A DNA stretch of 51,906 nt from an uncultured Eubacteriales bacterium (GCA_900317875.1 ONIJ01000188.1:1-51906); one strand, 5' to 3'. Positions 20,544-29,704 are shown, counted from the first letter of the stretch. Program-made: numbers and translations. Notes: generated by a model not told the origin, from the sequence alone.

Positions 20544-23500
20544 TTAATTCTCGACTTTTTTGAGCATATATCCCGCTTTTGATTTGGTGCTTGTGTAGCC
20601 TAAATCCAAAAGCGTTGACATCAGCCAGTTGATATTCCATTTGGAATTCTTCGGCACATAAATGTACTTTGGCTTTTTATCGGGATTGATGCTGTAGAAA
20701 TCCTTAAGGCGGTTAATGCTGTTCGCATTTTCTCCTGAGAGCCACGCCGAAAACGTTCCGTATGGCATATCGGCGGCAAGATATGTCCAGGTGCGGTTCG
20801 TCAGAATGAGAAGGTTATCATCGGGAACCGACCAGTAATGCGACAAATCGGAGTATATTTCGTTGTATTGATCCGCTTTTGCCTTTACGGTGTTTATTCC
20901 CGCTGCCGGACCTTGCGTTATAGTTTCCTTTAATTTATCGGGTTCGCTGTCCCAGAAAACGTGGTGCGCCTTGGAGTAAATCTGGAAGCTGCCCTGCAGC
21001 ACGATAACCAGAGCCGCGCACACAAAGCTTAATCGCTTGATCCAAAGAGCGTAGGTGATATTGTCGGGGGTTTCGCGCATTTCCCTGATGAGCTGAGCGA
21101 GAAAAACAAAGCTCGCTATATTTGCCGCAGCAAAGCCCATTGAAATAACGTAGAAATACTGATTTGATGTGTAGTACACACAGAACGAATATACTATCCC
21201 GTGCACGAACAATCCGGCAAAAAGCTCCCTCGGTTTGTTTTTGCAGAGAATATACGAGGTTATGCCCAGGAATATCATCGGGAACATTATCGAGTTATAG
21301 GTGCTTTTATGCAGCTTGTCTATGAGCAGGATGTAGGAGAACACTACGATTCCCGAGGTAATTATCAGATACACCGAGCGGTGCAGTCTGCGCTTGCGGT
21401 CAATTATCATAACAAGTGCCGTTGCGCAGTAGCTGTATACGGCATATTTGAAGTTTGGCTGCATCTTGAAGATGGACTCGAAGTATTTGCCGATCCTTTC
21501 GCCGGCGTTGACTGAAGGATGCTGAGGATCGTTGAGCATATACGGAAGGTTTTCCTGCAGTCCGCTGATTCCGATCCTCGGAAGCGTAAACAACAGGAAA
21601 ATCACTGCCATTATTCCCGCTCCGATCGTGAAAAACAGGAGAGTTTTCAGGCTGAACATATCGCTGCAGAGAACAAAGTTGAGCTTCTTTTTCCTGAAAA
21701 GCAGGTGGATTCCCACGCATACAAGAAAAAGAACATACGCCAGCGCGAGATACGGACAGCAAAGTACAGCGCCCGCAAAGCACAGTCCGCTGAAAATGAT
21801 CTGCAGCTTCTTGCTGTAGTCGGCGGTTCCGATAAGAACTCCCGAAAGCGCCACAAGTCCCATACCCATAGAGTCATAGCTGAGCGCCATAATGTTGAAC
21901 GGAGTAAACAGGAAGTACAGAACGGTGCAGAATACGGAAATATATCCGTATTTGCGGAGCTTGATATAGATCAGCGTTGAAGCTGACGCGTGAACAAATA
22001 CGTAGAATATGCGCGACGCCAGAATGATTCCGTCTGTGTTTCCCGTGATCATCGTGTAAACCCACACGAACGGGAGCTGCAGAATCGAGCTCATCTGCGT
22101 AAGGTTCCACTCATCGCGGAACAGCGCGTCGCCCTTGATAAGGCGATGGGGGATTGTGAGGTAGAACGGTTCGTCGTCTCCGCCGAAGCCGTACTGCGTT
22201 TTCCAAAGTGAGAAAATAACCGCGCCGATGAGCAGAAGAACGAACAGAATATCCTGCCATTTTTGTTTGTCGTCGCGTTCTCTTTGCTTGATAACGAACG
22301 CCTTTATTTTCTCATAAAGAATTATAATTCCTTTTGCCGCCAGATTAACAATAATCGATGCAACTAGCGAGCAGACAAAGCAAAGCGGAACCGTGACGAA
22401 ATAGTATGGCAGCTTGTCGAATATCGAATCGAAATTTTTGTTCAGCTCGGTGTAAATCAGCTTGTCAAATATAAACGAGAGCAAGTACATTCCGAAAGTC
22501 AGGTCGGAAACCTTCCAAAGGCAAAATCTGACAGGCGTTTTCCAGTTGTTTGAGTTGATGCGGATTATCATTGTAAACAGCATCACCGAAATTGCAAACG
22601 GCTGAAAACCAAACCAGTAATTCCAGTCGCCGGACTTGAAGGTTCCGCCGTAGCTGCGGTAGAAGTTAAACATCGTAAACAGGAACAGCGAAATAAAGAA
22701 CAGCGGCAGCATTGAGCGTGTTTTCAGTTTAATGCCGTATTCGCGGATATACGCGCCGACAAAGTAGTAGGCGATGGGGTAAGAGCTCATCCAGAACGAG
22801 GGAAGAAGCTTTTGGTAGTGAGCGTCGGAGGATGGCTTGATCCACCAATCTCCGGTGCCGAATTCAAAAATATTGAAAAGAGAGGGGAGGATCATCAGAA
22901 AGATGCAGGTCGCCAAAAGAACCTGTTTCCTGCGCTGCGTTTCCAGCTTGTTGTACGCCAGATTAAGAAACGGAGCCAGCAAAAACAGTCCGATATACAT
23001 TTCGACGTACCAGGAATAGTTCGCGCCGGAAAAATCAAAAATACTCAGCAGGTAATTTCTGAATTCGTATTTGCCCGAGGCGTGTATTGCCTCAAACATC
23101 TTTTCAAAATCTCCCGCGTAAAAAGCGTTCTTCGCTGCCTTGACATCGTGAATGGACTTGAAGCACATACAGATAAGGCTCGCCAGCACAAAGATGATAA
23201 GCGTTTTGCGTATGCCGTTGTAATACTTTCTGCTCAGGGTTTTTCCGCTCATCAGATAACCCGTAAGCAATAAAAACAGCGGAACACAGGCGGAAAACAG
23301 AACCTTCATCATTATCATAAGATAAATCAGCGGTCCGTTAAGCATATCGGCGTCTCCGGTTTGCGCCGCCTGGATAATTCCATCAATCGGTCCCAGTCCT
23401 CCGACGGGTCTGAAATAAAAACCGTCGTTGCCTTTCAGTTCGGGATTGTAACCGTAGGTGTGGAAAAGAAAGTGTACCGACATTACAAAGAAAACCGCGA

Positions 23501-23555
23501 CAATTCTTATTATATCGGCAGATGTATTTCTGTTCTCCAACCGTTTTAAATTCAT
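20544..23555 (-). CDS. Fusion of an acyltransferase-3 (OafA-like) domain and a C-terminal polytopic GT-C-like domain
   Basis: N-half: R..S.DIIRIVAVFFVMSVH, VPLFLLLTGY, WYVEMY, TFGMYL. C-half: TM1 then GGDDEPFY loop, more than 10 TM segments and a soluble tail. ATG 23555 after GAGGAGG. Confidence 0.75.
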   Translation of the reverse strand: MNLKRLENRNTSADIIRIVAVFFVMSVHFLFHTYGYNPELKGNDGFYFRPVGGLGPIDGIIQAAQTGDADMLNGPLIYLMIMMKVLFSACVPLFLLLTGYLMSGKTLSRKYYNGIRKTLIIFVLASLICMCFKSIHDVKAAKNAFYAGDFEKMFEAIHASGKYEFRNYLLSIFDFSGANYSWYVEMYIGLFLLAPFLNLAYNKLETQRRKQVLLATCIFLMILPSLFNIFEFGTGDWWIKPSSDAHYQKLLPSFWMSSYPIAYYFVGAYIREYGIKLKTRSMLPLFFISLFLFTMFNFYRSYGGTFKSGDWNYWFGFQPFAISVMLFTMIIRINSNNWKTPVRFCLWKVSDLTFGMYLLSFIFDKLIYTELNKNFDSIFDKLPYYFVTVPLCFVCSLVASIIVNLAAKGIIILYEKIKAFVIKQRERDDKQKWQDILFVLLLIGAVIFSLWKTQYGFGGDDEPFYLTIPHRLIKGDALFRDEWNLTQMSSILQLPFVWVYTMITGNTDGIILASRIFYVFVHASASTLIYIKLRKYGYISVFCTVLYFLFTPFNIMALSYDSMGMGLVALSGVLIGTADYSKKLQIIFSGLCFAGAVLCCPYLALAYVLFLVCVGIHLLFRKKKLNFVLCSDMFSLKTLLFFTIGAGIMAVIFLLFTLPRIGISGLQENLPYMLNDPQHPSVNAGERIGKYFESIFKMQPNFKYAVYSYCATALVMIIDRKRRLHRSVYLIITSGIVVFSYILLIDKLHKSTYNSIMFPMIFLGITSYILCKNKPRELFAGLFVHGIVYSFCVYYTSNQYFYVISMGFAAANIASFVFLAQLIREMRETPDNITYALWIKRLSFVCAALVIVLQGSFQIYSKAHHVFWDSEPDKLKETITQGPAAGINTVKAKADQYNEIYSDLSHYWSVPDDNLLILTNRTWTYLAADMPYGTFSAWLSGENANSINRLKDFYSINPDKKPKYIYVPKNSKWNINWLMSTLLDLGYTSTKSKAGYMLKKVEN

Positions 23556-23644
23556 ATTCTCCCTCCTCAGAAGTCTTAAACTTAATTTTATCACAATATC
23601 ATTAAAAACACAATTAAAATAAGATAAAAATATTTGAATTAAGC

Positions 23645-23676
23645 AAAAAAACAGCGCATCTCTCGGATGCGCTGTT
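23645..23676 (-). terminator. Terminator closing the adenylation/MBOAT operon
   Basis: AACAGCGCATC/GATGCGCTGTT stem followed by a T run on the minus strand. Confidence 0.75.
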
Positions 23677-23679
23677 AAG

Positions 23680-24831
23680 TTAGTATTTGCTTATTTCGGA
23701 GAGGGTGTTGACATCCTCTTCGATTTGAACCATTTCTTTCTTTTCTTTGATCAGATAATCGCAGTATTTGTAAAGCTGATCAAAGCACTTGGCGGATTTT
23801 TCCCAGTTTTCCTTGTTCTTTTCACTGAGCTCTTTGCCCTTGACTCCGTACTTCGTTGTGAGAATATTGCCTATATAGTCCGTCATTTTAACGGTTCCGT
23901 AGATATTCATATGGTCAAGGTTATAGAAATCGTTGTAAAGATCAATTCCCGTTTTATCAATGTCGTGCTCAACATTGATAAAATCAAATCCGTACTCGTT
24001 AGCGATTTCCGCCGCGCGGTTGGTGCGCTTTGCGCGGTTCCTGGTGGTTTTGTCAACTACGTGAGGAGTGCGCATAAACACAACCTTCAGATCTTTATCC
24101 TTGCAGAACTGCAGAAGCTCACGGTATTTTTTGTCAAGAGTGGGTTGCAGCTCTATTTTTCCGTTTTCTTGGATAGGCTTGTATTTTTCAAGCTCCTGAT
24201 CCGGTTTAAAGATTTTTGTCGTTGTGCGGAAGCCCTTCAAATATGAGGTTCCGCGGATATCCTGCTTGACCTTTGAAACAACTCTTCTTATCGGATCGGG
24301 ATATTCGCTCCAGATACTGTGGTACTTTATAAGAGGCATATAGTATTCAAGCCACTGATCGGAAGAAACGTGATTGGTGATATAATCTATTTTATTCTCC
24401 GAAAGCGGAATGTTGTCAACGAGCTTGTGAATATGGCCTTCATGAGTTTCGTTGGAATCAAAGCCGTAAAGATAGGCGTTAGGATCGATTACAATAAGCT
24501 GAGGATCCTGAGTTCTGAGAATCTCCTTCAGTGCAAGCATTGTGCCGTCGGCAGTGATCGACTCGGTTGCGTAAGGGAAGCTGGTAAAGCCGTATTTTTC
24601 ATAAGCGTATCCGGCCGAAATGCCCGTATACATCTCACTTGCACCGAGGAACACAACGTCAAGCGAGCCTTTTTCCTCAAGGTAAAAGCCGTCGAGACGA
24701 ATGCTGTTATGGTCGAGCCTTCTCAGAAGATAGCCCTGAAGTATGCCTATTGACAAAATCAGCGCCAGAAAAAAGCATCCGAGCTTAACCGTGCGTGTTG
24801 CGTATAGCTTTTTCTTTGTTTTTTTCTCCAT
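23680..24831 (-). CDS. Membrane-anchored SGNH-like / DltD-like acyl transferase
   Basis: Single N-terminal TM, block I VVFLGASEMY, C-terminal DFYNLDHMN; directly after the MBOAT. Confidence 0.7.
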   Translation of the reverse strand: MEKKTKKKLYATRTVKLGCFFLALILSIGILQGYLLRRLDHNSIRLDGFYLEEKGSLDVVFLGASEMYTGISAGYAYEKYGFTSFPYATESITADGTMLALKEILRTQDPQLIVIDPNAYLYGFDSNETHEGHIHKLVDNIPLSENKIDYITNHVSSDQWLEYYMPLIKYHSIWSEYPDPIRRVVSKVKQDIRGTSYLKGFRTTTKIFKPDQELEKYKPIQENGKIELQPTLDKKYRELLQFCKDKDLKVVFMRTPHVVDKTTRNRAKRTNRAAEIANEYGFDFINVEHDIDKTGIDLYNDFYNLDHMNIYGTVKMTDYIGNILTTKYGVKGKELSEKNKENWEKSAKCFDQLYKYCDYLIKEKKEMVQIEEDVNTLSEISKY

Positions 24832-24851
24832 AAAACCTGCCTCTGAATCGG

Positions 24852-26525
24852 TTAAAATTGCATATATACAAAATCAGCTGCACTGTAGCCCGAGCCGTAA
24901 ATGCCGAAGATAATAACCGCCATTACTCCTAGGTAAATCAGAATAAAGCGCAGAATAAACGGCTTGCTGTCGAGCATGGTTCTTATGTTCGTATCGGCGT
25001 GTCTTTCCTGTATCAGGCTTATGATAAACAGGAAAACGGTTGCGATGGCAATTACGATGACATCGGGAAGAATCAGTCCCAGACCTTGCAGCTCATCGAA
25101 TGCCTGAACGAAATTCTGATCTGTAAAGAACTTTCCGATCGTTTCCATACCGGTTGCAAACGAGGGAGCAACATCGAAAACATATCCAACGAGAACCACG
25201 ATAAAGGTTCTGAAAATCTGGAACAGACTGTACCAAAGGCTTTCTCTGCGGATGTGCAGCTTATCGACGATGATGTCAAATACGGGCTGCAGCAGAATGC
25301 TCAGCATAATAATGGCGCCGTTCCAAACGCCGAACGCCACATATTTCCAGTCGGCGCCGTGCCAGATACCTACAACGAGGAATACTATCAGCGACGCGAC
25401 GCTTGTGGGAAGCACCTTTGCGATATGGCTTCCTGCGGCGGTTTTGCCGAAGCGGGTGCCTTTCATCTTCTTGCTCGCGTTGAGGAACACACCCGACATC
25501 GCGATGGGGTAGAAGAGGTAGTTTTTAAGCCACGCGCCGAGCGAAATATGCCATCTGCGCCAGTATTCGTTGATTGACTTCGAGAAGTACGGGCGCTTGA
25601 AGTTGTCGATCATATCTATTCCGAAAATCTGAGCGACGCCGCGCGAGATGTCGATACCGCCCGAGAAGTCGGCGTAAAGCTGAATGGCATACAGCAAAAT
25701 AACGACCGTCAGCGTGGTTCCGCTGTAGGAGCTGTATGTGGAAATAGCATTGCTGAGTGATATTTCTCCGCCTACTGTAGGACTTACCGTGCGAATTGCG
25801 ATAGCAGCCCTGTCGGCGATGATGAGCTTTTTCATAAAGCCCCACAAAATCAGCTCCATACCGTGCTTGACGCGTGTGAAGTCAAATTTGTGCGGTTCGT
25901 AAAGCTGATGCGCAAGCTGGTCGTAAATGCTTATCGGTCCCTGGATGATCTGAGGGAAGAACGAAACGAACAGCAGCATCTTTAAGGGATTCTTTTGCGC
26001 GGGAGTTTTTTCGCGGTATACATCGATGATGTAGCCCATCGACTGGAAGGTGTAGAAGGAAATACCGATCGGCAGCGCAAGGTTAAGCGTTGCCGCGGAA
26101 AAGCCGATCCCGAAACTTCCGAGTATATCGTTAAGGCTGCCCGCGAAAAAGTCGTAGTATTTCAGGAATGCCAGAATGCCGAAGTTGATTACCAGCGCGA
26201 GTGTCATAATCAGGCGCATCTGAACCTTGGTACGGTTTTTAAACGCCTTTTTTTGATTTCTGTCCCATTCGCCTTTTTTGGATTTAAGCGTCGCCTTCGA
26301 GGCGATCGACACCTTCTCGATCCAAAGCGCGATCAAATACGTGCACAGCGAGGTGAACAGAATGTAATAAGCAAAGCGGTAGCCCGCAACGGCATAAAAG
26401 AACATACTTGCCGCAAGAAGTACGGTCCATTTCTGCTTCTTCAGCGGAAGCGCGAAATAGAACAGCATTGTGACAAGCACAAAGAATATGAAATTCAGTG
26501 AAGTATAGGTGATGTCAAATAACAC
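24852..26525 (-). CDS. MBOAT family O-acyltransferase (AlgI/DltB-like)
   Basis: LPIGISFYTFQ, FFPQIIQGPI, YADFSG, NFKRPY, YWRRWHISL, GIWHGA; C-terminus DFVYMQF. Confidence 0.93.
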   Translation of the reverse strand: MLFDITYTSLNFIFFVLVTMLFYFALPLKKQKWTVLLAASMFFYAVAGYRFAYYILFTSLCTYLIALWIEKVSIASKATLKSKKGEWDRNQKKAFKNRTKVQMRLIMTLALVINFGILAFLKYYDFFAGSLNDILGSFGIGFSAATLNLALPIGISFYTFQSMGYIIDVYREKTPAQKNPLKMLLFVSFFPQIIQGPISIYDQLAHQLYEPHKFDFTRVKHGMELILWGFMKKLIIADRAAIAIRTVSPTVGGEISLSNAISTYSSYSGTTLTVVILLYAIQLYADFSGGIDISRGVAQIFGIDMIDNFKRPYFSKSINEYWRRWHISLGAWLKNYLFYPIAMSGVFLNASKKMKGTRFGKTAAGSHIAKVLPTSVASLIVFLVVGIWHGADWKYVAFGVWNGAIIMLSILLQPVFDIIVDKLHIRRESLWYSLFQIFRTFIVVLVGYVFDVAPSFATGMETIGKFFTDQNFVQAFDELQGLGLILPDVIVIAIATVFLFIISLIQERHADTNIRTMLDSKPFILRFILIYLGVMAVIIFGIYGSGYSAADFVYMQF

Positions 26526-26543
26526 AAAAACAACTCCAATTGT

Positions 26544-27731
26544 TTAGATTGCAGGGGTGTTGAATACGTCGGAATAAAGCATTTCACGGATGACCTGCAG
26601 TCCGTCCTTCTCGGAATAAACCGAAACAACGGGCATTTCGCGGCTGAGGAACACAGCCATACCCTCTGTTACGGAATAAGCTCCCGTGCGGCAGAAAACA
26701 AGAATATCTCCGATTTCAAGCGTATCAAATTCCGCGTTTCTTGCAAGAATGTCCGCAGTCGTGCAAAGACTTCCGCAGAGCGTCCACGGGCGCACATCGC
26801 CCTTGGCGGGATTATCCTTAAGATGAACAATTCGGGGGATCTGCATTCCCTGAAGCTGTCCGTCGTATTTCAGCTGATTAAGGCCGCCGTCGACGATCAC
26901 ATAGTTGATGTCGTAGTTGGTTTTTGCGTCGATAACGCGGGTAAGATAATAACCGCAGGGCGCGGCGAAAAATCTGCCCATTTCAACGGTGAGCGAGGCT
27001 TTTTCGGACAGCTCGCGGATTTTTTCCGAAACGGAGGCAAGACGTTCCTCCTCAAGTTTGTCCGCGTCCTTATCAAAGTAGTCAACGGCAAGTCCGGTGC
27101 CGTATTCAACGCGCTCGATCGTGAAACCGAGGTCGTTCTCAACGCGGTCGATCAGCTCGCTGAGATAGTCAAGCTCCCTGACGATCGGCTTTGCCTTTTT
27201 CTTCTGAGTACCTGTAAAGTAGTGTACGCCCACGATCTCGATGCCCTTGAAGTCGGCTCTGTTTTTGATGATGTCGAGAACCTCGGGCTCCTCCATACCG
27301 AACTGGCTTCCGCCTTTTACGTCGGTGACGCGGAGCAGAACGGGGAAGACCTTTCCTCTTGCGACGCCCTCGTCGTTAATGAGCTTAACGTGCAGACGGC
27401 TCTCTGCGGTAAAAGTTCCGACCTCGTCGTCAGCGGCGCGGTGAACATCCTTTGCGGTTTTGTTGACGCCGGAAAAGATGATTTTGCTCATATCAACGCC
27501 TGTTTTTTCACAGACGGTCAGTTCTCCGGGGCTGCAAACCTCGATCTTGTCAAAGACCTCGGGAAGCCTGCCCAGAAGAAACGGGTTTGCCTTAATCGAA
27601 AAGCAAAGCCCGGTTTTATCTCCGAAATATTTGCGCACTAAATCAGCCCGCTTCTTGAACTCATCCAAATCAAAGATATAGGAGGGGGTGTCGAGGCGGG
27701 TTGAAAGAGAGCACAGTAACTCTGTATTCAT
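26544..27731 (-). CDS. Fold-type III PLP-dependent decarboxylase (Orn/DAP/Arg family)
   Basis: FSIKANP (PLP Lys), FSGVNK, HYFTGTQ, EMGRFF, VDGG, GSLCTTAD, GAYS. Confidence 0.88.
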   Translation of the reverse strand: MNTELLCSLSTRLDTPSYIFDLDEFKKRADLVRKYFGDKTGLCFSIKANPFLLGRLPEVFDKIEVCSPGELTVCEKTGVDMSKIIFSGVNKTAKDVHRAADDEVGTFTAESRLHVKLINDEGVARGKVFPVLLRVTDVKGGSQFGMEEPEVLDIIKNRADFKGIEIVGVHYFTGTQKKKAKPIVRELDYLSELIDRVENDLGFTIERVEYGTGLAVDYFDKDADKLEEERLASVSEKIRELSEKASLTVEMGRFFAAPCGYYLTRVIDAKTNYDINYVIVDGGLNQLKYDGQLQGMQIPRIVHLKDNPAKGDVRPWTLCGSLCTTADILARNAEFDTLEIGDILVFCRTGAYSVTEGMAVFLSREMPVVSVYSEKDGLQVIREMLYSDVFNTPAI

Positions 27732-27734
27732 ATA

Positions 27735-27962
27735 TTATTCATCCTGAAGCTGCTCGATGAGCGCCATCATAGCCTTAGCCGAATTGAAGTTTTCGGGAAC
27801 AAGGTTGTTGGGTTTGATCTCAATGTCAAAAGCGTCGTTGAGCTCGCCGACCAGCGCTACGATATCAAAGGAGTCGAGAACGCCGTCTGTGATGAGAGCG
27901 GTTTCGTTTTCAAAGTCAACGTCGGGTCTGAGTTCTTCCAAAATCTGCATTAATTCTTCCAT
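27735..27962 (-). CDS. Acyl/aminoacyl carrier protein (DltC-like)
   Basis: 75-aa acidic protein with GVLDSFDIV phosphopantetheine-Ser motif. Confidence 0.92.
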   Translation of the reverse strand: MEELMQILEELRPDVDFENETALITDGVLDSFDIVALVGELNDAFDIEIKPNNLVPENFNSAKAMMALIEQLQDE

Positions 27963-27977
27963 GATGATTCTCCTTTA

Positions 27978-29483
27978 TTATTTGAAGTAGGTTTTCAGTG
28001 TCTGCATATCGGTTTTTCCGTTGGGAAGCGTGGGAAGCTTTTCAAGATTAACCAGCTTTCTCGGAACCATAAACGCAGGCATATTCTGTCTGAAATAAAG
28101 TACAATTTCCTTCGAGGTCGCCTGACCTGTGTAGAAAAGGTAGAGGGTGGCTTTTTCTTTATTGTAAAGCGCACAGCAGTCTGTAACGCCTTCAACCTTT
28201 TTTGCGGTCTCCTCGATTTCGCCGAGCTCGATCCGGTGGCCGAGGTGTTTTATCTGACGGTCCTTTCTTCCGTGGAAGAGCAAAGTGCCGTCGGAAGCGA
28301 AGCTGCCGAGGTCGCCTGTCTTATAAATCAGCTCGCGGTAGTTTTCGTTGAGCGGATTCTGAATGAATGATTTTGCGGTCTGCTCCGCGTTCCCGTAGTA
28401 GCCGAGCGCCAGGATCGGGCCGCTTACGCAGATCTCGCCGGTCTCGCCGAACTTTGTTGCGGTGTTGTCCTCGTTGAGGAGCATTACGCGGTAGTTGTCA
28501 TAGGGCTTGCCGATAGGCAGCACCGTGTCGTCGTCGACCTTCTCGCTGACGACGTAGTAGGTGCAGGAGGCGGTAGCCTCTGTGGGACCGTACTGATTGA
28601 CATAGAGCACGTCGGGCAGGTTCTCCTGCCAGATTTTGAGATATTTGCAGGGCATTACCGAGCCTGAGAAGCAGAGCTTTTTGAGATACTCTGGCTTTCC
28701 GACTTCAAAAGCTCCCAGCTTTGCGGGAAGCTCAACGCCCGCCACGCTCCAGCACAGCGCCGTGATTTTTTCGCGGTTGAGCGTTTCAAACAGAGTGGTC
28801 GGAACAGCAAATTCGTTCTTCGGGATAACGTAGGTCGAGGCGCCGAAGCTGACAGGAAGATAAATGTCCCTTACCGCCGCGATGTAGTCGAGCGGGCTCT
28901 GGTTGCCGAGAATGTCGGAGTCGTTGATCGAAAGTACCTTTGCCACCGCGTCAATGTAGCACATCAGCGAAAGGTGAGAGGTGATCACGCCCTTGGGAAC
29001 GCCTGTTGAGCCCGAGGTGAAAATCACATAGAGGGGAGAGGTGTTCTGCAGGGTTGCCTCTCTCCGGGCGAGCAAAGCCTCGTCGGCTTCGGTGCCGAAG
29101 ATATCCTCCGCCACGATCAGCTCTCCGTCAAAATCGAGAGCCTGAGCGGTTTCGAGGTGAGCTCTGTCGACCAGCATAAACTGCGCTTTGATAACGCCGA
29201 GAATCTGGTTCAGACGGGCCTTTGGCATATCGCCGTCCATGGGAGCGTAAAAGCAGCCTGCGCGGACTGCACCGAGGAAGCAGGCGGGAGTGTAGATATG
29301 TCTGCCCGACATTACCGCTACCGGGGCTCCGCAGGGGACCTTTGCCGCCAGATAGCTTCCCACAGCCTTTGTAAGTCTGTTGAATTCGGCAAAAGTAATC
29401 TGATTGTTTTCGTCTTTGAACATTACCTTTTCAGAGTACTCGCTGCAGGTTCTGTTCAGTCTGGTTAAAATTGAAGTTTCCAT
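27978..29483 (-). CDS. Stand-alone adenylation enzyme (DltA/NRPS A-domain-like)
   Basis: A3 YVIFTSGSTGVPKGV, A5 NQYGPTE, A7 YKTGDL, A8 GRKDRQIK.GHRIELGEIE, A10 PNGK. Confidence 0.92.
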   Translation of the reverse strand: METSILTRLNRTCSEYSEKVMFKDENNQITFAEFNRLTKAVGSYLAAKVPCGAPVAVMSGRHIYTPACFLGAVRAGCFYAPMDGDMPKARLNQILGVIKAQFMLVDRAHLETAQALDFDGELIVAEDIFGTEADEALLARREATLQNTSPLYVIFTSGSTGVPKGVITSHLSLMCYIDAVAKVLSINDSDILGNQSPLDYIAAVRDIYLPVSFGASTYVIPKNEFAVPTTLFETLNREKITALCWSVAGVELPAKLGAFEVGKPEYLKKLCFSGSVMPCKYLKIWQENLPDVLYVNQYGPTEATASCTYYVVSEKVDDDTVLPIGKPYDNYRVMLLNEDNTATKFGETGEICVSGPILALGYYGNAEQTAKSFIQNPLNENYRELIYKTGDLGSFASDGTLLFHGRKDRQIKHLGHRIELGEIEETAKKVEGVTDCCALYNKEKATLYLFYTGQATSKEIVLYFRQNMPAFMVPRKLVNLEKLPTLPNGKTDMQTLKTYFK

Positions 29484-29546
29484 ATTGTTTTCCCTTTAAC
29501 ATCAACCATTTTTTATATACTAAAATATAGTTTTACACATTAAATA

Positions 29547-29574
29547 ATTATACTGATAATCGAGCCAAAGTCAA
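29547..29574 (-). promoter_or_regulatory. Sigma-A promoter of the adenylation/MBOAT operon
   Basis: TTGACT-N16-TATAAT on the minus strand. Confidence 0.6.
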
Positions 29575-29704
29575 TAAAAACCGCTAAATTTTCAAAGAAT
29601 TTCGCATAATAGATACATTCGCCTTTTTTTTTACCACTTTTTGTAGATTTTTACGATAACCAAAAATGCAGGGGAGATTTTTTTGATTATCCGCCCCGTT
29701 ATTA

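Noticed and set aside
26544-27731. Calling the decarboxylase lysA
   Set aside because: Substrate-binding motifs differ (CTTAD) and it sits between a carrier protein and an MBOAT, so no symbol was assigned.
23680-29483. Calling the cluster a canonical dltABCD operon
   Set aside because: Gene order differs, a decarboxylase is inserted, the adenylation A4 Asp is missing and the MBOAT is the longer AlgI-like type.
23680-29483. NRPS secondary-metabolite cluster
   Set aside because: No condensation or thioesterase domains; MBOAT plus SGNH points to envelope acylation.
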